This document shows, piece after piece, positions 1 through 12,810 of a stretch of DNA of 64,000 nucleotides (position 1 is its first letter; each line of letters opens with the position of its first letter). Below the pieces are notes generated by a model. The model saw only the letters and a list, made by a program, of their open reading frames with translations. It was not told the DNA's origin and made no database searches. The translations under genes and the position numbers were made by a program. The stretch spans positions 79,424,001 to 79,488,000 of the forward strand of contig CM059432.1 of assembly GCA_030390025.1 (NCBI GenBank), written 5' to 3'. The DNA comes from Squalus acanthias (Eukaryota).

Positions 1-640
1 TAAATCGAATTCACAGATTATACCAAACTAGATGGGGCAATGCAATCAAAGGAGGCAGCTCAGAAATTACAGAAGGAGTTTGACAAAATTATGTTTGTGG
101 ACAGAAAAATGCCAGATGAAATTTAATTCAGACAAGTAAAGTACTGAACATAGGAAGGGGGAAAAAAGGGCAATAAAAGTACTCCATGAATGCTGTTGAA
201 ATAGCTACAGATGAAGTTGAAAGAAACCTAGGAGTCTTAGTAGATTAAATGCTCAATATATTCAATCAATGCAGAGCAACAATCAACAAAACTAATAGAA
301 TGTTTAAAAATAGCTAAAACAGCAGAATGTAAGTGATAATCAAACTGTACAGTCCAGTCTGTACCTTGAGTACTACATAGTTCACCACAAGAGACACATT
401 CTAGCACTGGGAAGCAGCAAGCAGTGCATAAAAGAGCCATGAAAATGATCCCTAGTTAAAAGAGTCTAAGTTATAAGGAAGACTGAAGGGAAATGGGGGA
501 TTTTCAGCCTGGAAATATAAGATCTGATGATCTTATGTGAAGGGTAGGAACAATGTAAATCTGGAATATTACCTTATCGGAGACACAAGTTCAAATTAGT
601 AAAAGGAACATTTCTGAAACCATCTTTCTTCTACAATCTA
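1..640 (+). mobile_element. Old, degenerate CR1-type LINE fragment (RT 3' region)
   Basis: Decayed similarity to the CR1 ORF2 end seen in better copies here (SKFADDTKL-like at 1-30, ...QMKFN..K-like, 'ctaggagtcttagtaga'); no open frame. Confidence 0.6.
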
Positions 641-1427
641 ATTTATAATAAAGTAAACACAGTTTAATTATAAGGATATTTATCAATTAATTCCTATTAC
701 GAATAATATTAAAGTGGTTATAAACTGAAGGGGATTCATTTAAAGTGCTCTTCATACCCATATGATAGAAAACCTAACTTGTACTATGACATATGCAAAT
801 ATATTGAAAGATTAACAACCAAGGTACAAAGGTCATGGTTCCACAGCTAACACTGGTCCCAATACAACCAAAGTGGCATATTCACTGCAAGTTCATTTCA
901 AGACTTTGACCCACACTAAGATTACGATACCACAGAGACAACTAAATGAAGGACTATTGAAGTCTCAACAGAATTAAGTCTCCGACCACCAGCTTTCTCT
1001 TTTCTGCTTCTTTAGAGAACAGGGGCATGGTCAGGTCCACTGGACAGCTCTAACCATGATGCCCCTGTGGCAAGGGCCAATTTATCATCCAAATTAGAAC
1101 ATACAGCTGCTAACATGATTTATGATGACACTCTCACTAGCTAGACTAAGAAATGTCCCATGTCTTTTCATAGCTCAATTTATCATTTATGGAGACTTTT
1201 AAAAACTATAACAATTTTGTTATTTATGTGCAATACTTATCAGAGATAATTTTAAGATTTTTATACAAAAGTAATGATTTTAAGCATAACTAAATGAGTT
1301 AATTAACTAGGCAACTGAACACCAGTTAAGAATTGTTAGTGTGATGAATAGGAAGTTTCAGCACATTTCACATCACAGGAAAACCTTTGTATTTTTAATT
1401 TCTACAAAAATCACTACCCAAGTACTG

Positions 1428-2085
1428 ATGCAGGTTAATAATGCCATAAAAAAGCAAACAAAGCACTGGAGTTCATTTCTAAAGGGATAGAATTGAAAAG
1501 CAGAGAAGTTAAACTTGTATAAAACCTTGGTTAGACCACACTTAATAGTACTGTGAATAGTTCTGATCTCTATATATTTTAAAAAAGATATAAAGGCACT
1601 GGAGAAGGTGCAAAAAGGATTTACTAGAATGATACCAGAACTGAGAGGTTATAACTATCAGGAAAGATTGAACAGGCTGGGGCTCTTTTCTCTAGAAAAG
1701 AGAAGACTGAGGGATGACCTGATAGAGGTCTTTAAGATTATGAAAGGGTTTGATAGGATAGACGTAGAGAAGATATTTCCACTTGCGGGCGAGACCAGAA
1801 CTAGGAGCAATAAATATAAGATAGTCACTAATAAACCCAATAGGGAATACAGGAGAACCTTCTTTACCCAGAGAGTGGTTAGAATGTGGAACTCGCTACC
1901 ACAAGGAGTAATTGGGGCGACTATAGATGCATTTAAGGAGAAGCTAGATAAACATACGAGGGAAAAAGGAATAGAAGGGATATGTTAATGGAGTTCAAAA
2001 AGGTGGGTGAAGGCTTGTGTGGAGCATAAACGCTGGCTTGGACCTGCTGGACTGAATGGCCTGTTTCTGTGCTGTAAATACTATC
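1428..2085 (+). mobile_element. CR1 (HER1-like) LINE 3' end
   Basis: ORF 1608..1988 (YQERLNRLGLFSLEKRRLRDDLIEVFKIMKG...FFTQRVVRMWNSLP) is the CR1 ORF2 C-terminus, followed by the 3' UTR motif 'ggactgaatggcctgtttctgtgctgtaa'. Confidence 0.9.
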
Positions 2086-2111
2086 TACTAGGTAATGTTT
2101 TTTCTTCTTTG

Positions 2112-2470
2112 TCAGTTTAAATTGGGTTTGTTTTCAAATCCCTCCATGGCCTCGTCCCTCCTTATCTCTAATCTCCTCCAGCTGTACAACCCTCCGAGAT
2201 ATCTGCACTCCTACAATTCTAGTATCTTGAGCATCCCTGATTTTAATCACTCCATCATTGGTGGTTGTGCCTTCAACTGCCAAGGCCCTAAACTCTGGAA
2301 TTCCCTCCCTAAACCTCTCCGCCTCCCTACCACTTAAAACCTACCCCCATATGTCCTAATATCTCCTTAAGTGGCCCGGTGTCAAATTTTGTTTGATAAC
2401 TCTCCTGTGAAGCGCCTTGGGATGTTTTACTACGTTAAAGATGCTATATAAATAGAAGTAGTTGTTGTTT
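2112..2470 (+). mobile_element. L2-type LINE 3' end
   Basis: ...GGCAFNCQGPKLWNSLP, then tail 'tgtgaagcgccttgggatgttttactacgttaaagatgctatataaat...gttgttgt' typical of L2; homologous to the minus-strand L2 at 47610-47960. Confidence 0.8.
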
Positions 2471-4766
2471 ACTGAAAATCAGTTCTACATTCCATCTGCA
2501 TGGGTGAAAATGTCACAGGGTTAGTCTCTTTCTCGTTAGATTTATTCAATCACTTCAAGCAAGCCAGTGGCAAACGGTTACTGGTCCGAAGGGTTCTAAT
2601 GATTATTGTACATTCTAACGACAGCTATATGAAATGGCTTTGTTTGGAAAAAAGCCTCGTCAAGATAACTTTCAGGTGAGTCAAAGGCATCAGATGCTAA
2701 TATTTTAAATTGCAACCTTATCTATCTACTTGCTTTATTCTGTCAAATAGTCAGCTAAGTCAAATAGTTTTTGAGACTAGGTGACAAATGAACACTGCTG
2801 ATACTCTGGGGTAATCCTTAGAGCTATAGATATTTTCTGTGTCTTCATGTTTCTGTAAGATTGGCATCTTTGTTGTATTTTGGAAAATAAATTTTGAATT
2901 CCCTTTATTCCTGATCGAACTTCAAGGGGTACAAGGAGTATATCTCAGGGAGCATGCTCACAGTTCATAAATTCTGACATCAGATACAAGAAGGCTAGAG
3001 ACTTTGTGAGGGAAAAGATAAAGTGCCCAACATTAACCTATTGTTAAGAAAAACTATCTCAGATCCAGTATTTATTAAGGGAATTAGTTAAGGATTGCAT
3101 CTGTTTATTATTTTCCAAGTTCAAAGAGAAATAGATGTGTTATGTAAACATACTGCAGTTAAGAGGTAATTGTCAGTCCGACTGCACATTATTGCATGCA
3201 AATAGGTGCAGGTTTCAGTTCATAGAAAATTCAATCTGTTTATGGTATATATTTTTTGCTATGAATAAACAATAAAGCCTGAACATAACAATTGGTAGTA
3301 GCTTAAATAGATGAATTACATTCGCTGATCAAACAGGCTGTTTAAAGTTTAAGTAGAATAAAAACAAACAGCAACTGTTTCGGAATACAAGTGCAAAGAA
3401 AGATTTGGGCAGTTACAACCAGTTGCAGAGGAAAGGAAAAGCCAGTGCCACCAAGAAGCTGAAATACAGACTAGCATTAGAAGAGAAAAAAATGATGCAA
3501 ACTCGAGGAGGAAGAAAAGGGAAGACAGTGCCAGCACAAGGAGGAAGTAATGGGGCTTCACCGCAAGTATGAGGCTGAAAAAAAATGATAGGCTGATCCT
3601 GCAGTCTGAATATTTGCTGTGCACTCAATTTCCCAGGATGTCAGTTGCATTTAATCTAGCCAAACAGTAGAATACTTCTCTCACTGTTTTCAACAAAATC
3701 TGTTTGGTTGTTTTTCAAAATTACTTGGGAGAAGCTAGAAGTCAAATTTCAAAAGCTTGCAAAATTTAGTGTGTGCGTGTAGAAAAAAACATGACATCGT
3801 GCTGAGTGCAGACCTGTTGTAGCTCCATTCTCAATAATCTCTTCACTTTCTTTTCTAACCAAAGAAAGCATGACCACAGGTACTGATCACAGGTGTTGTC
3901 TCATTGAACAGTTGAGTTGATAATTGAGTACATCATTTGTTAATGACAGACTTGCCTGAAATAAAGCTTTGATAATTCAATCTTTAGTTTCTTTCAGTCT
4001 TTTGGAAAAAACAAATAAATTCTCAAATCCTTACAGAATGAGAGGGCACACCCTTCAAGCCAGACTGCAAGCTGGGAATGCTGAGTTTCCTCATCATAAA
4101 TGTTAACACTGGGTGTTTCCATTTTAAACGTGGCACAATGTTACTGCAAAATAGGGACCCACAAGACGTATAAGCCATACACAGGATTTTTAATAATAAA
4201 GATATATCCACAAGAACAGCAATAATGTATTTGTAAGTCAACAAATACTGAATTTTTCAGAAAACTAAAGGACAGAAGTTTGATAGCTCTAGGTTCCTCG
4301 CAGACCTCAGATTTATAAATCTTGGTTTTGAAACCGATGATTTAACAGGAATAAAAAATGGATAATATTCAGATTTAATTCTTTAATCTTTAAGTTACAT
4401 GGTCACCATACAGAACTATTCAATGTTTGTAAAATTTAACTTCAGGAAGCTGTTCTTTAATAAACTAGCGTTTATTTAATGGCTACCATGTGCTTTGTAT
4501 TATTCACAGGATACAGCATATTAATTTTAATCAATCAGAAACACACGGTGTGTGGGAAAATTGCCTTTCGCATTTCACTAAAAAGAAAGGGTCATTAATC
4601 TGGTAATACCGCCTGCCGGATCAGTTTACAGACTGATTAGGCACTTATTGGACTACGTTTACAATTTAAACCAGCCACGCATATATATTAAAGTGGTTTT
4701 CAATATATAAAGGCTATTGCTCCTGTAAAAAGTGGGTGTGAAGAGAACGAGACGTCCTTCACATAC

Positions 4767-5135
4767 CCGTTTAGTTACCCGAACAGTAGCGATCCGCCAC
4801 GTCCTCCTCTCCCCCGTCTCCAGCGCTTTGCAGGCGGCACGCGATCAGGCTCCGTGGCCTGGGCCTGGGCCTTGGCTTCGCGAAGGTGCTGTGGTTCGAG
4901 CCTTTTTTTCCCGCGGAGAAGGGTTAATATCTGAGCTCGGGCCTCTAGAGGCTGCTCGGCCTGAGAAAGCGCGATTCCGCCGGCTGCCATCCCTCCGCCC
5001 CGGTACCGACGGTCAAAGCCAAAGGTCGGCCCATAAAGGCGCGTTCGCGCCTCCAACTGTTCAACGGCCATGGCGCGCGCCCCGCATTGTCTCGCGGGAC
5101 CTGGCACCACGGCCGCCTCACTGCAGCGGCCATTC
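4767..5135 (-). promoter_or_regulatory. CpG-island promoter and putative first exon (5'TOP-like start at ~4969) of a probable non-coding snoRNA-host gene (SNHG6-like position)
   Basis: Abrupt GC/CpG-rich island in AT-rich DNA; minus strand reads GCG|CTTTCTC at 4969 (C plus pyrimidine tract); candidate donors CGG|GTATGT (4767/4766) and CGG|GTAACT (4779/4778); downstream of TCF24 on the same strand, as SNHG6 is in human. Identity is a synteny inference. Confidence 0.5.
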
Positions 5136-8100
5136 CGGGAGTGGCGGTGCGTCACTGTATTACTGATAGTAATCTGGGAGTGGCGGTGTGTCACTGTATT
5201 ACTGATAGTAATCTGGGAGTGGCGATGTGTCACTGTATTACTGATAGTAATCTGGGAGTGGCGGTGTGTCACTGTATTACTGATAGTAATCTGGGAGTGG
5301 CGTGTGTCACTGTATTACTGATAGTAATCTGGGAGTGGCGGTGTGTCACTGTATTACTGATAGTAATCTGGGAGTGGCGTGTGTCACTGTATTACTGATA
5401 GTAATCTGGGAGTGGCGTGTGTCACTGTATTACTGATAGTAATCTGGGAGTGGCGTGTGTCACTGTATTACTGATAGTAATCTGGGAGTGGCGGTGTGTC
5501 ACTGTATTACTGATAGTAATCTGGGAGTGGCGGTGTGTCACTGTATTACTGATAGTAATCTGGGAGTGGCGTGTGTCACTGTATTACTGATAGTAATCTG
5601 GGAGTGGCGTGTGTCACTGTATTACTGATAGTAATCTGGGAGTGGCGTGTGTCACTGTATTACTGATAGTAATCTGGGAGTGGCGGTGTGTCACTGTATT
5701 ACTGATAGTAATCTGGGAGTGGCGGTGTGTCACTGTATTACTGATAGTAATCTGGGAGTGGCGGTGTGTCACTGTATTACTGATAGTAATCTGGGAGTGG
5801 CGTGTGTCACTGTATTACTGATAGTAATCTGGGAGTGGCGGTGTGTCACTGTATTACTGATGATAATCCGGGAGTGGCGGTGCGTCACTGTATTACTGAT
5901 AGTAATCTGGGAGTGGCGGTGCGTCACTGTATTACTGATGATAATCCGGGAGTGGCGATGTGTCACTGTATTACTGATAGTAATCTGGGAGTGGCGTGTG
6001 TCACTGTATTACTGATAGTAATCTGGGAGTGGCGTGTGTCACTGTATTACTGATAGTAATCTGGGAGTGGCGTGTGTCACTGTATTACTGATAGTAATCT
6101 GGGAGTGGCGGTGTGTCACTGTATTACTGATGATAATCCGGGAGTGGCGGTGCGTCACTGTATTACTGATAGTAATCTGGGAGTGGCGGTGCGTCACTGT
6201 ATTACTGATGATAATCCGGGAGTGGCGATGTGTCACTGTATTACTGATAGTAATCTGGGAGTGGCGTGTGTCACTGTATTACTGATAGTAATCTGGGAGT
6301 GGCGTGTGTCACTGTATTACTGATAGTAATCTGGGAGTGGCGGTGTGTCACTGTATTACTGATAGTAATCTGGGAGTGGCGGTGTGTCACTGTATTACTG
6401 ATAGTAATCTGGGAGTGGCGTGTGTCACTGTATTACTGATAGTAATCTGGGAGTGGCGATGTGTCACTGTATTACTGATAGTAATCTGGGAGTGGCGATG
6501 TGTCACTGTATTACTGATAGTAATCTGGGAGTGGCGATGTGTCACTGTATTACTGATAGTAATCTGGGAGTGGCGATGTGTCACTGTATTACTGATAGTA
6601 ATCTGGGAGTGGCGGTGTGTCACTGTATTACTGATAGTAATCTGGGAGTGGCGTGTGTCACTGTATTACTGATAGTAATCTGGGAGTGGCGTGTGTCACT
6701 GTATTACTGATAGTAATCTGGGAGTGGCGATGTGTCACTGTATTACTGATAGTAATCTGGGAGTGGCGATGTGTCACTGTATTACTGATAGTAATCTGGG
6801 AGTGGCGGTGTGTCACTGTATTACTGATAGTAATCTGGGAGTGGCGGTGTGTCACTGTATTACTGATAGTAATCTGGGAGTGGCGATGTGTCACTGTATT
6901 ACTGATGGTATTCGGGGAGTGGCGATGTGTCACTGTATTACTGATGATAATCCGGGAGTGGCGGTGTGTCACTGTATTACTGATGATAATCCGGGAGTGG
7001 CGGTGTGTCACTGTATTACTGATAGTAATCTGGGAGTGGCGGTGTGTCACTGTATTACTGATAGTAATCTGGGAGTGGCGGTGTGTCACTGTATTACTGA
7101 TGATAATCCGGGAGTGGCGGTGTGTCACTGTATTACTGATAGTAATCTGGGAGTGGCGGTGTGTCACTGTATTACTGATGATAATCCGGGAGTGGCGGTG
7201 TGTCACTGTATTACTGATAGTAATCTGGGAGTGGCGGTGTGTCACTGTATTACTGATAGTAATCTGGGAGTGGCGTGTGTCACTGTATTACTGATAGTAA
7301 TCTGGGAGTGGCGGTGTGTCACTGTATTACTGATGGTAATCTGGGAGTGGCGGTGTGTCACTGTATTACTGATGGTAATCCGGGAGTGGCGGTGTGTCAC
7401 TGTATTACTGATGATAATCTGGGAGTGGCGGTGTGTCACTGTATTACTGATAGTAATCTGGGAGTGGCGGTGTGTCACTGTATTACTGATGATAATCCGG
7501 GAGTGGCGGTGTGTCACTGTATTACTGATGATAATCCGGGAGTGGCGGTGTGTCACTGTATTACTAATGGTAATCTGGGAGTGGCGTGTGTCACTGTATT
7601 ACTGATAGTAATCTGGGAGTGGCGGTGTGTCACTGTATTACTGATAGTAATCTGGGAGTGGCGGTGTGTCACTGTATTACTGATAGTAATCCGGGAGTGG
7701 CGGTGTGTCACTGTATTACTGATGGTAATCCGGGAGTGGCGGTGTGTCAGTGTATTACTGATAGTAATCTGGGAGTGGCGGTGTGTCACTGTATTACTGA
7801 TGGTAATATGGGAGTGGCGATGTGTCACTGTATTACTGATAGTAATCTGGGAGTGGCGTGTGTCACTGTATTACTGATAGTAATCTGGGAGTGGCGGTGT
7901 GTCACTGTATTACTGATGGTAATATGGGAGTGGCGATGTGTCACTGTATTACTGATGGTAATCCCGGAGTGGCGATGTGTCACTGTATTACTGATGGTAA
8001 TCCGGGAGTGGCGATGTGTCACTGTATTACTGATGGTAATCCGGGAGTGGCGATGTGTCACTGTATTACTGATAGTAATCCGGGAGTGGCGGTGTGTTAC

Positions 8101-9740
8101 TGTATTACTGATAATCCGGGAGTGGCGGTGTGTCACTGTATTACTGATGATAATCCGGGAGTGGCGGTGTGTCACTGTATTACTGATGGTAATCCGGGAG
8201 TGGCGATGTGTCACTGTATTACTGATAGTAATCTGGGAGTGGCGGTGTGTCACTGTATTACTAATGGTAATCCGGGAGTGGCGATGTGTCACTGTATTAC
8301 TGATGATAATCTGGGAGTGGCGATGTGTCACTGTATTTCTGATGGTAATCCGGGAGTGGCGGTGTGTCACTGTATTTCTGATGGTAATCCGGGAGTGGCG
8401 GTGTGTCACTGTATTACTGATGGTATTCTGGGAGTGGCGTGTGTCACTGTATTTCTGATGATAATCTGGGAGTGGCGATGTGTCACTGTATTTCTGATGG
8501 TATTCATGGAGTGGCGATGTGTCACTGTATTACTGATGGTAATCCGGGAGTGGCGGTGTGTCACTGTATCACTGATGGTATTCGGGGAGTGGCGATGTGT
8601 CACTGTATTACTGATGGTATTCGGGGAGTGGCGGTATGTCACTGTATTACTGATGATAATCCGGGAGTGGCGATGTGTCACTGTATTACTGATGGTATTC
8701 TGGGAGTGGCGGTGTGTCACTGTATTACTGATGGTATTCTGGGAGTGGCGTGTGTCACTGTATTACTGATGGTAATCTGGGAGTGGCGATGTGTCACTGT
8801 ATTACTGATGATAATCTGGGAGTGGCGATGTGTCACTGTATTACTGATGATTATCCGGGAGTGGCGGTGTGTCACTGTATTACTGATGATAATCCGGGAG
8901 TGGCGGTGTGTCACTGTATTACTGATGATAATCCGGGAGTGGCGGTGTGTCACTGTATTACTGATGATAATCTGGGAGTGGCGGTGTGTCACTGTATTAC
9001 TGATGATAATCCGGGAGTGGCGGTGTGTCACTGTATTACTGATGATAATCCGGGAGTGGCGGTGTGTCACTGTATTACTGATGGTATTCGGGGAGTGGCG
9101 ATGTGTCACTGTATTACTGATGGTATTCTGGGAGTGGCGTGTGTCACTGTATTTCTGATGGTAATCCGGGAGTGGCGATGTGTCGCTGTATTACTGATGG
9201 TATTCGGGGAGTGGCGATGTGTCACTGTATTACTGATGATAATCTGGGAGTGGCGATGTGTCACTGTATTTCTGATGGTATTCTGGGAGTGGCGATGTGT
9301 CACTGTATTACTGATGATAATCCGGGAGTGGCGGTGTGTCACTGTATTACTGATGATAATCCGGGAGTGGCGGTGTGTCACTGTATTACTGATGGTAATC
9401 CGGGAGTGGCGATGTGTCACTGTATTACTGATGATAATCTGGGAGTGGCGATGTGTCACTGTATTTCTGATGGTATTCTGGGAGTGGCGATGTGTCACTG
9501 TATTACTGATGATAATCCGGGAGTGGCGGTGTGTCACTGTATTACTGATGATAATCCGGGAGTGGCGGTGTGTCACTGTATTACTGATGGTAATCCGGGA
9601 GTGGCGGTGTGTCACTGTATTACTGATGGTATTCGGGGAGTGGCGATGTGTCACTGTATTACTGATGGTAATCCGGGAGTGGCGGTGTGTCACTGTATTA
9701 CTGATGGTAATCTGGGAGCGGCGGTGTGTTACTGTATTAC
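5135..9740 (+). repeat. 39/38-bp tandem satellite, left homogeneous sub-array (~118 units)
   Basis: Consensus GGGAGTGGC(G)GTGTGTCACTGTATTACTGATAGTAATCT repeated head to tail with no spacers; all long ORFs here are repeat artefacts. Confidence 0.98.
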
Positions 9741-10498
9741 GAACATAAGAACATAAGAAATAGGAGCAGGAGTAGGCCATTTGGCCCTTTGAGCTTACTC
9801 CGCCATTCAGTAAGATCATGGCTGATCTTCTACCTCATCTCCACTTTCCTGCACTCTCCCCATATCCCTTGATTCCCTTAATACTCAAAAATCTATCGAT
9901 CTCTGTCTTGAATATACTCAACGACTGAACCTCCACAGCCCTCTGGGGTAGAGAATTCCAAAGGTTCACCACCCTCTGAGTGAAGAAATTTCTCCTTCTC
10001 CTCATCTCAGTCCTAAATGGCCGACCCCTTATTCTGAGACTGTGACCCCTGGTTCTAGACTCCCCAGCCAGGGGAAACATCCTCCCTGCATCTACACTGT
10101 CAAGCCCTGTAAGAATTTTGTATGTTTCAATGAGATCACCTCTCACTCTTCTAAACTTCAGAGAATATAGGCCTAGTCTACTCAATCACTCCTCATAGGA
10201 CAATCCCCCCATCTCAGGAACCAGTCTGGTGAACCTTCATTGCACTCCCTCTATGGCAAGTATATCCTTCCTTAGGTAAGGAGACCAAACCTGTACACAG
10301 TACTCCAGGTGTGGTCTCACCAGGGCCCTATATAATTGCAGTAAGACGTCCTTACTCTATTCTCAAATCCTCTTGTAATAAAGGCCAACATACTATTTGC
10401 TTTCTTAAATGCTTGCTGTACCTGCATGTTAACTTTCAGTGATTCGTGTACAAGGATACCCAGGTCCCTCTGAACACCAACATTTCCCAAACTCTCAC
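9741..10498 (-). mobile_element. 5'-truncated CR1 LINE inserted in the satellite
   Basis: ORF 9835..10185 = CR1 ORF2 C-terminus; (ACATAAGA)n tail at 9742-9758; highly similar to 56853-57590. Confidence 0.95.
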
Positions 10499-10515
10499 TT
10501 ATTTCTCACAATCTC

Positions 10516-12810
10516 TTACTGATGGTAATTCGGGTGTGGCGTGTGTCACTGCATTACTGATGGTAATCTGGGAGTGACCGTGTGTTACTGTATTACTGAT
10601 GGTAATCTGGGAGAGGCAGTGTTAATGTATTACTGATAGTAATCTGGGAGTGGTGCTGTGTGTTACTATTATTACTGATGGTAACCCAGGAGTGGCAGTT
10701 TGTTACTATTGTTACTGATGGTAATCCGGGAGTGGCGGTTTGTTACTGTATTACTGATGGTAATCTGGGAGTGGCGGTGTGTCACTGTTTTTAGTGATGG
10801 TATTCCGGGAGTGGTGGTTTGTTACTGTTACTACTGATGGTAATCTGAGAGTGACGGTTTGTTACTATTATTACTGATGGTAATCTGGGCGTGACGGTTT
10901 GTTACTATTATTACTGATGGTAATCTGGGAGTGGCGGTTTGTTACTATTATTACTGATGGTAATCTGGGAGTGGTGGTTTGTTACTATTATTACTGATGG
11001 TAACCAGGGAGTGACGGTTTGTTACTATTGTTACTGATGGTAATCCGGGACTGACAGTTTGTTACTATTATTACTGATGGTAATCTGGGAGTGGTGGTTT
11101 GTTACTATTGTTACTGATGGTAATCTGGGAATGGCAGTTTGTTACTATTATTACTGATGGTAATCTGGGAGTGGCGGTTTGTTACTATTATTACTGATGG
11201 TGATCTGGGAGTGACGGTTTGTTACTATTATTACTGATGGTAACCAGGGAGTGACAGTTTGTTACTATTGTTACTGATGGTAACCAGGGAGTGATGGATT
11301 GTTACTGATGATAATCTGGGAGTGACGGTTTGTTACTATTGTTACTGATGATAATCTGGGAGTGGCGGTTTGTTACTTTTGTTACTGATGATAATCTGAG
11401 ATTGATAGTTTGTTCCTATTATTACTAATGGTAACCCAGGAGTGGCGGTTTGTTACTATTATTACTGATAGTAACCTGGGAGTGGCGGTTTGTTACTATT
11501 ATTACTGATGGTAATCTGGGAGTGGTGGTTTGTTACTATTATTACTGATGGTAACCAGGGAGTGACGGTTTGTTACTATTGTTACTGATGGTAATCCGGG
11601 ACTGACAGTTTGTTACTATTATTACTGATGGTAATCTGGGAGTGGTGGTTTGTTACTATTATTACTGATGGTAATCTGGGAGTGGCGGTTTGTTACTATT
11701 ATTACTGATGGTAATCTGGGAGTGACGGTTTGTTACTATTATTACTGATGGTAATCTGGGAGTGATGGTTTGTTACTATTACTACTGATGGTAACCAGGG
11801 AGTGACGGTTTGTTACTATTGTTACTGATGGTAACCAGGGAGTGATGGATTGTTACTGATGATAATCTGGGAGTGACGGTTTGTTACTATTGTTACTGAT
11901 GATAATCTGGGAGTGGCGGTTTGTTACTTTTGTTACTGATGATAATCTGAGATTGATAGTTTGTTCCTATTATTACTAATGGTAACCCAGGAGTGGCGGT
12001 TTGTTACTATTATTACTGATAGTAACCTGGGAGTGGCGGTTTGTTACTATTATTACTGATGGTAATCTGGGAGTGGTGGTTTGTTACTATTATTACTGAT
12101 GGTAATCTGGGAGTGGCGGTTTGTTACTATTATTACTGATGGTAATCTGGGAGTGACGGTTTGTTACTATTATTACTGATGGTAATCTGGGAGTGATGGT
12201 TTGTTACTATTACTACTGATGGTAACCAGGGAGTGACGGTTTGTTACTATTGTTACTGATGGTAACCAGGGAGTGATGGATTGTTACTGATGATAATCTG
12301 GGAGTGACGGTTTGTTATTATTGTTACTGATGATAATCTGGGAGTGGCGGTTTGTTACTTTTGTTACTGATGATAATCTGAGATTGATAGTTTGTTCCTA
12401 TTATTACTAATGGTAACCCAGGAGTGGCGGTTTGTTACTATTATTACTGATAGTAACCTGGGAGTGGCGGTTTGTTACTATTATTACTGATGGTAATCTG
12501 GGAGTGGTGGTTTGTTACTATTATTACTGATGGTAACCAGGGAGTGACGGTTTATTACTATTGTTACTGATGGTAATCCGGGACTGACAGTTTGTTACTA
12601 TTATTACTGATGGTAATCTGGGAGTGGTGGTTTGTTACTATTATTACTGATGGTAATCTGGGAGTGACGGTTTGTTACTATTATTACTGATGGTAATCTG
12701 GAAGTGGCGGTTTGTTACTATTATTACTGATGGTAATCTGGGAGTGACTATTTGTTACTTTTATTACTGATGGTAACCCTGGAGTAACAGTTTTTTACTA
12801 TTATTACTGA
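10516..12810 (+). repeat. Mostly 40-bp diverged satellite, right sub-array (~57 units) with higher-order structure
   Basis: Consensus GGGAGTGGCGGTTTGTTACTATTATTACTGATGGTAATCT; the diagnostic variant 'ataatctgagattgatag' recurs at 11391, 11942 and 12373. Confidence 0.97.

Noticed and set aside
1341..1428. Plus-strand GTGATGA...CTGA C/D-like pair
   Set aside because: No terminal stem, wrong strand for the putative host, abuts a CR1 fragment.
3994..4097. C/D-box snoRNA (SNORD87) candidate on minus strand: ATGATGA...CTGA
   Set aside because: No convincing terminal stem, and I could not find the 28S-complementary guide I recall for U87; needs cmsearch.
4732..5272. ORFs over the CpG island
   Set aside because: GC-driven open frames running into the satellite, no recognisable domain.
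5135..12810. CRISPR array or repeat-protein gene (CHCITD.. / VTVLL..WEWR ORFs)
   Set aside because: Monomers are contiguous with no unique spacers and no cas genes; ORFs arise because 39 is a multiple of 3 and break at every 38-bp unit.
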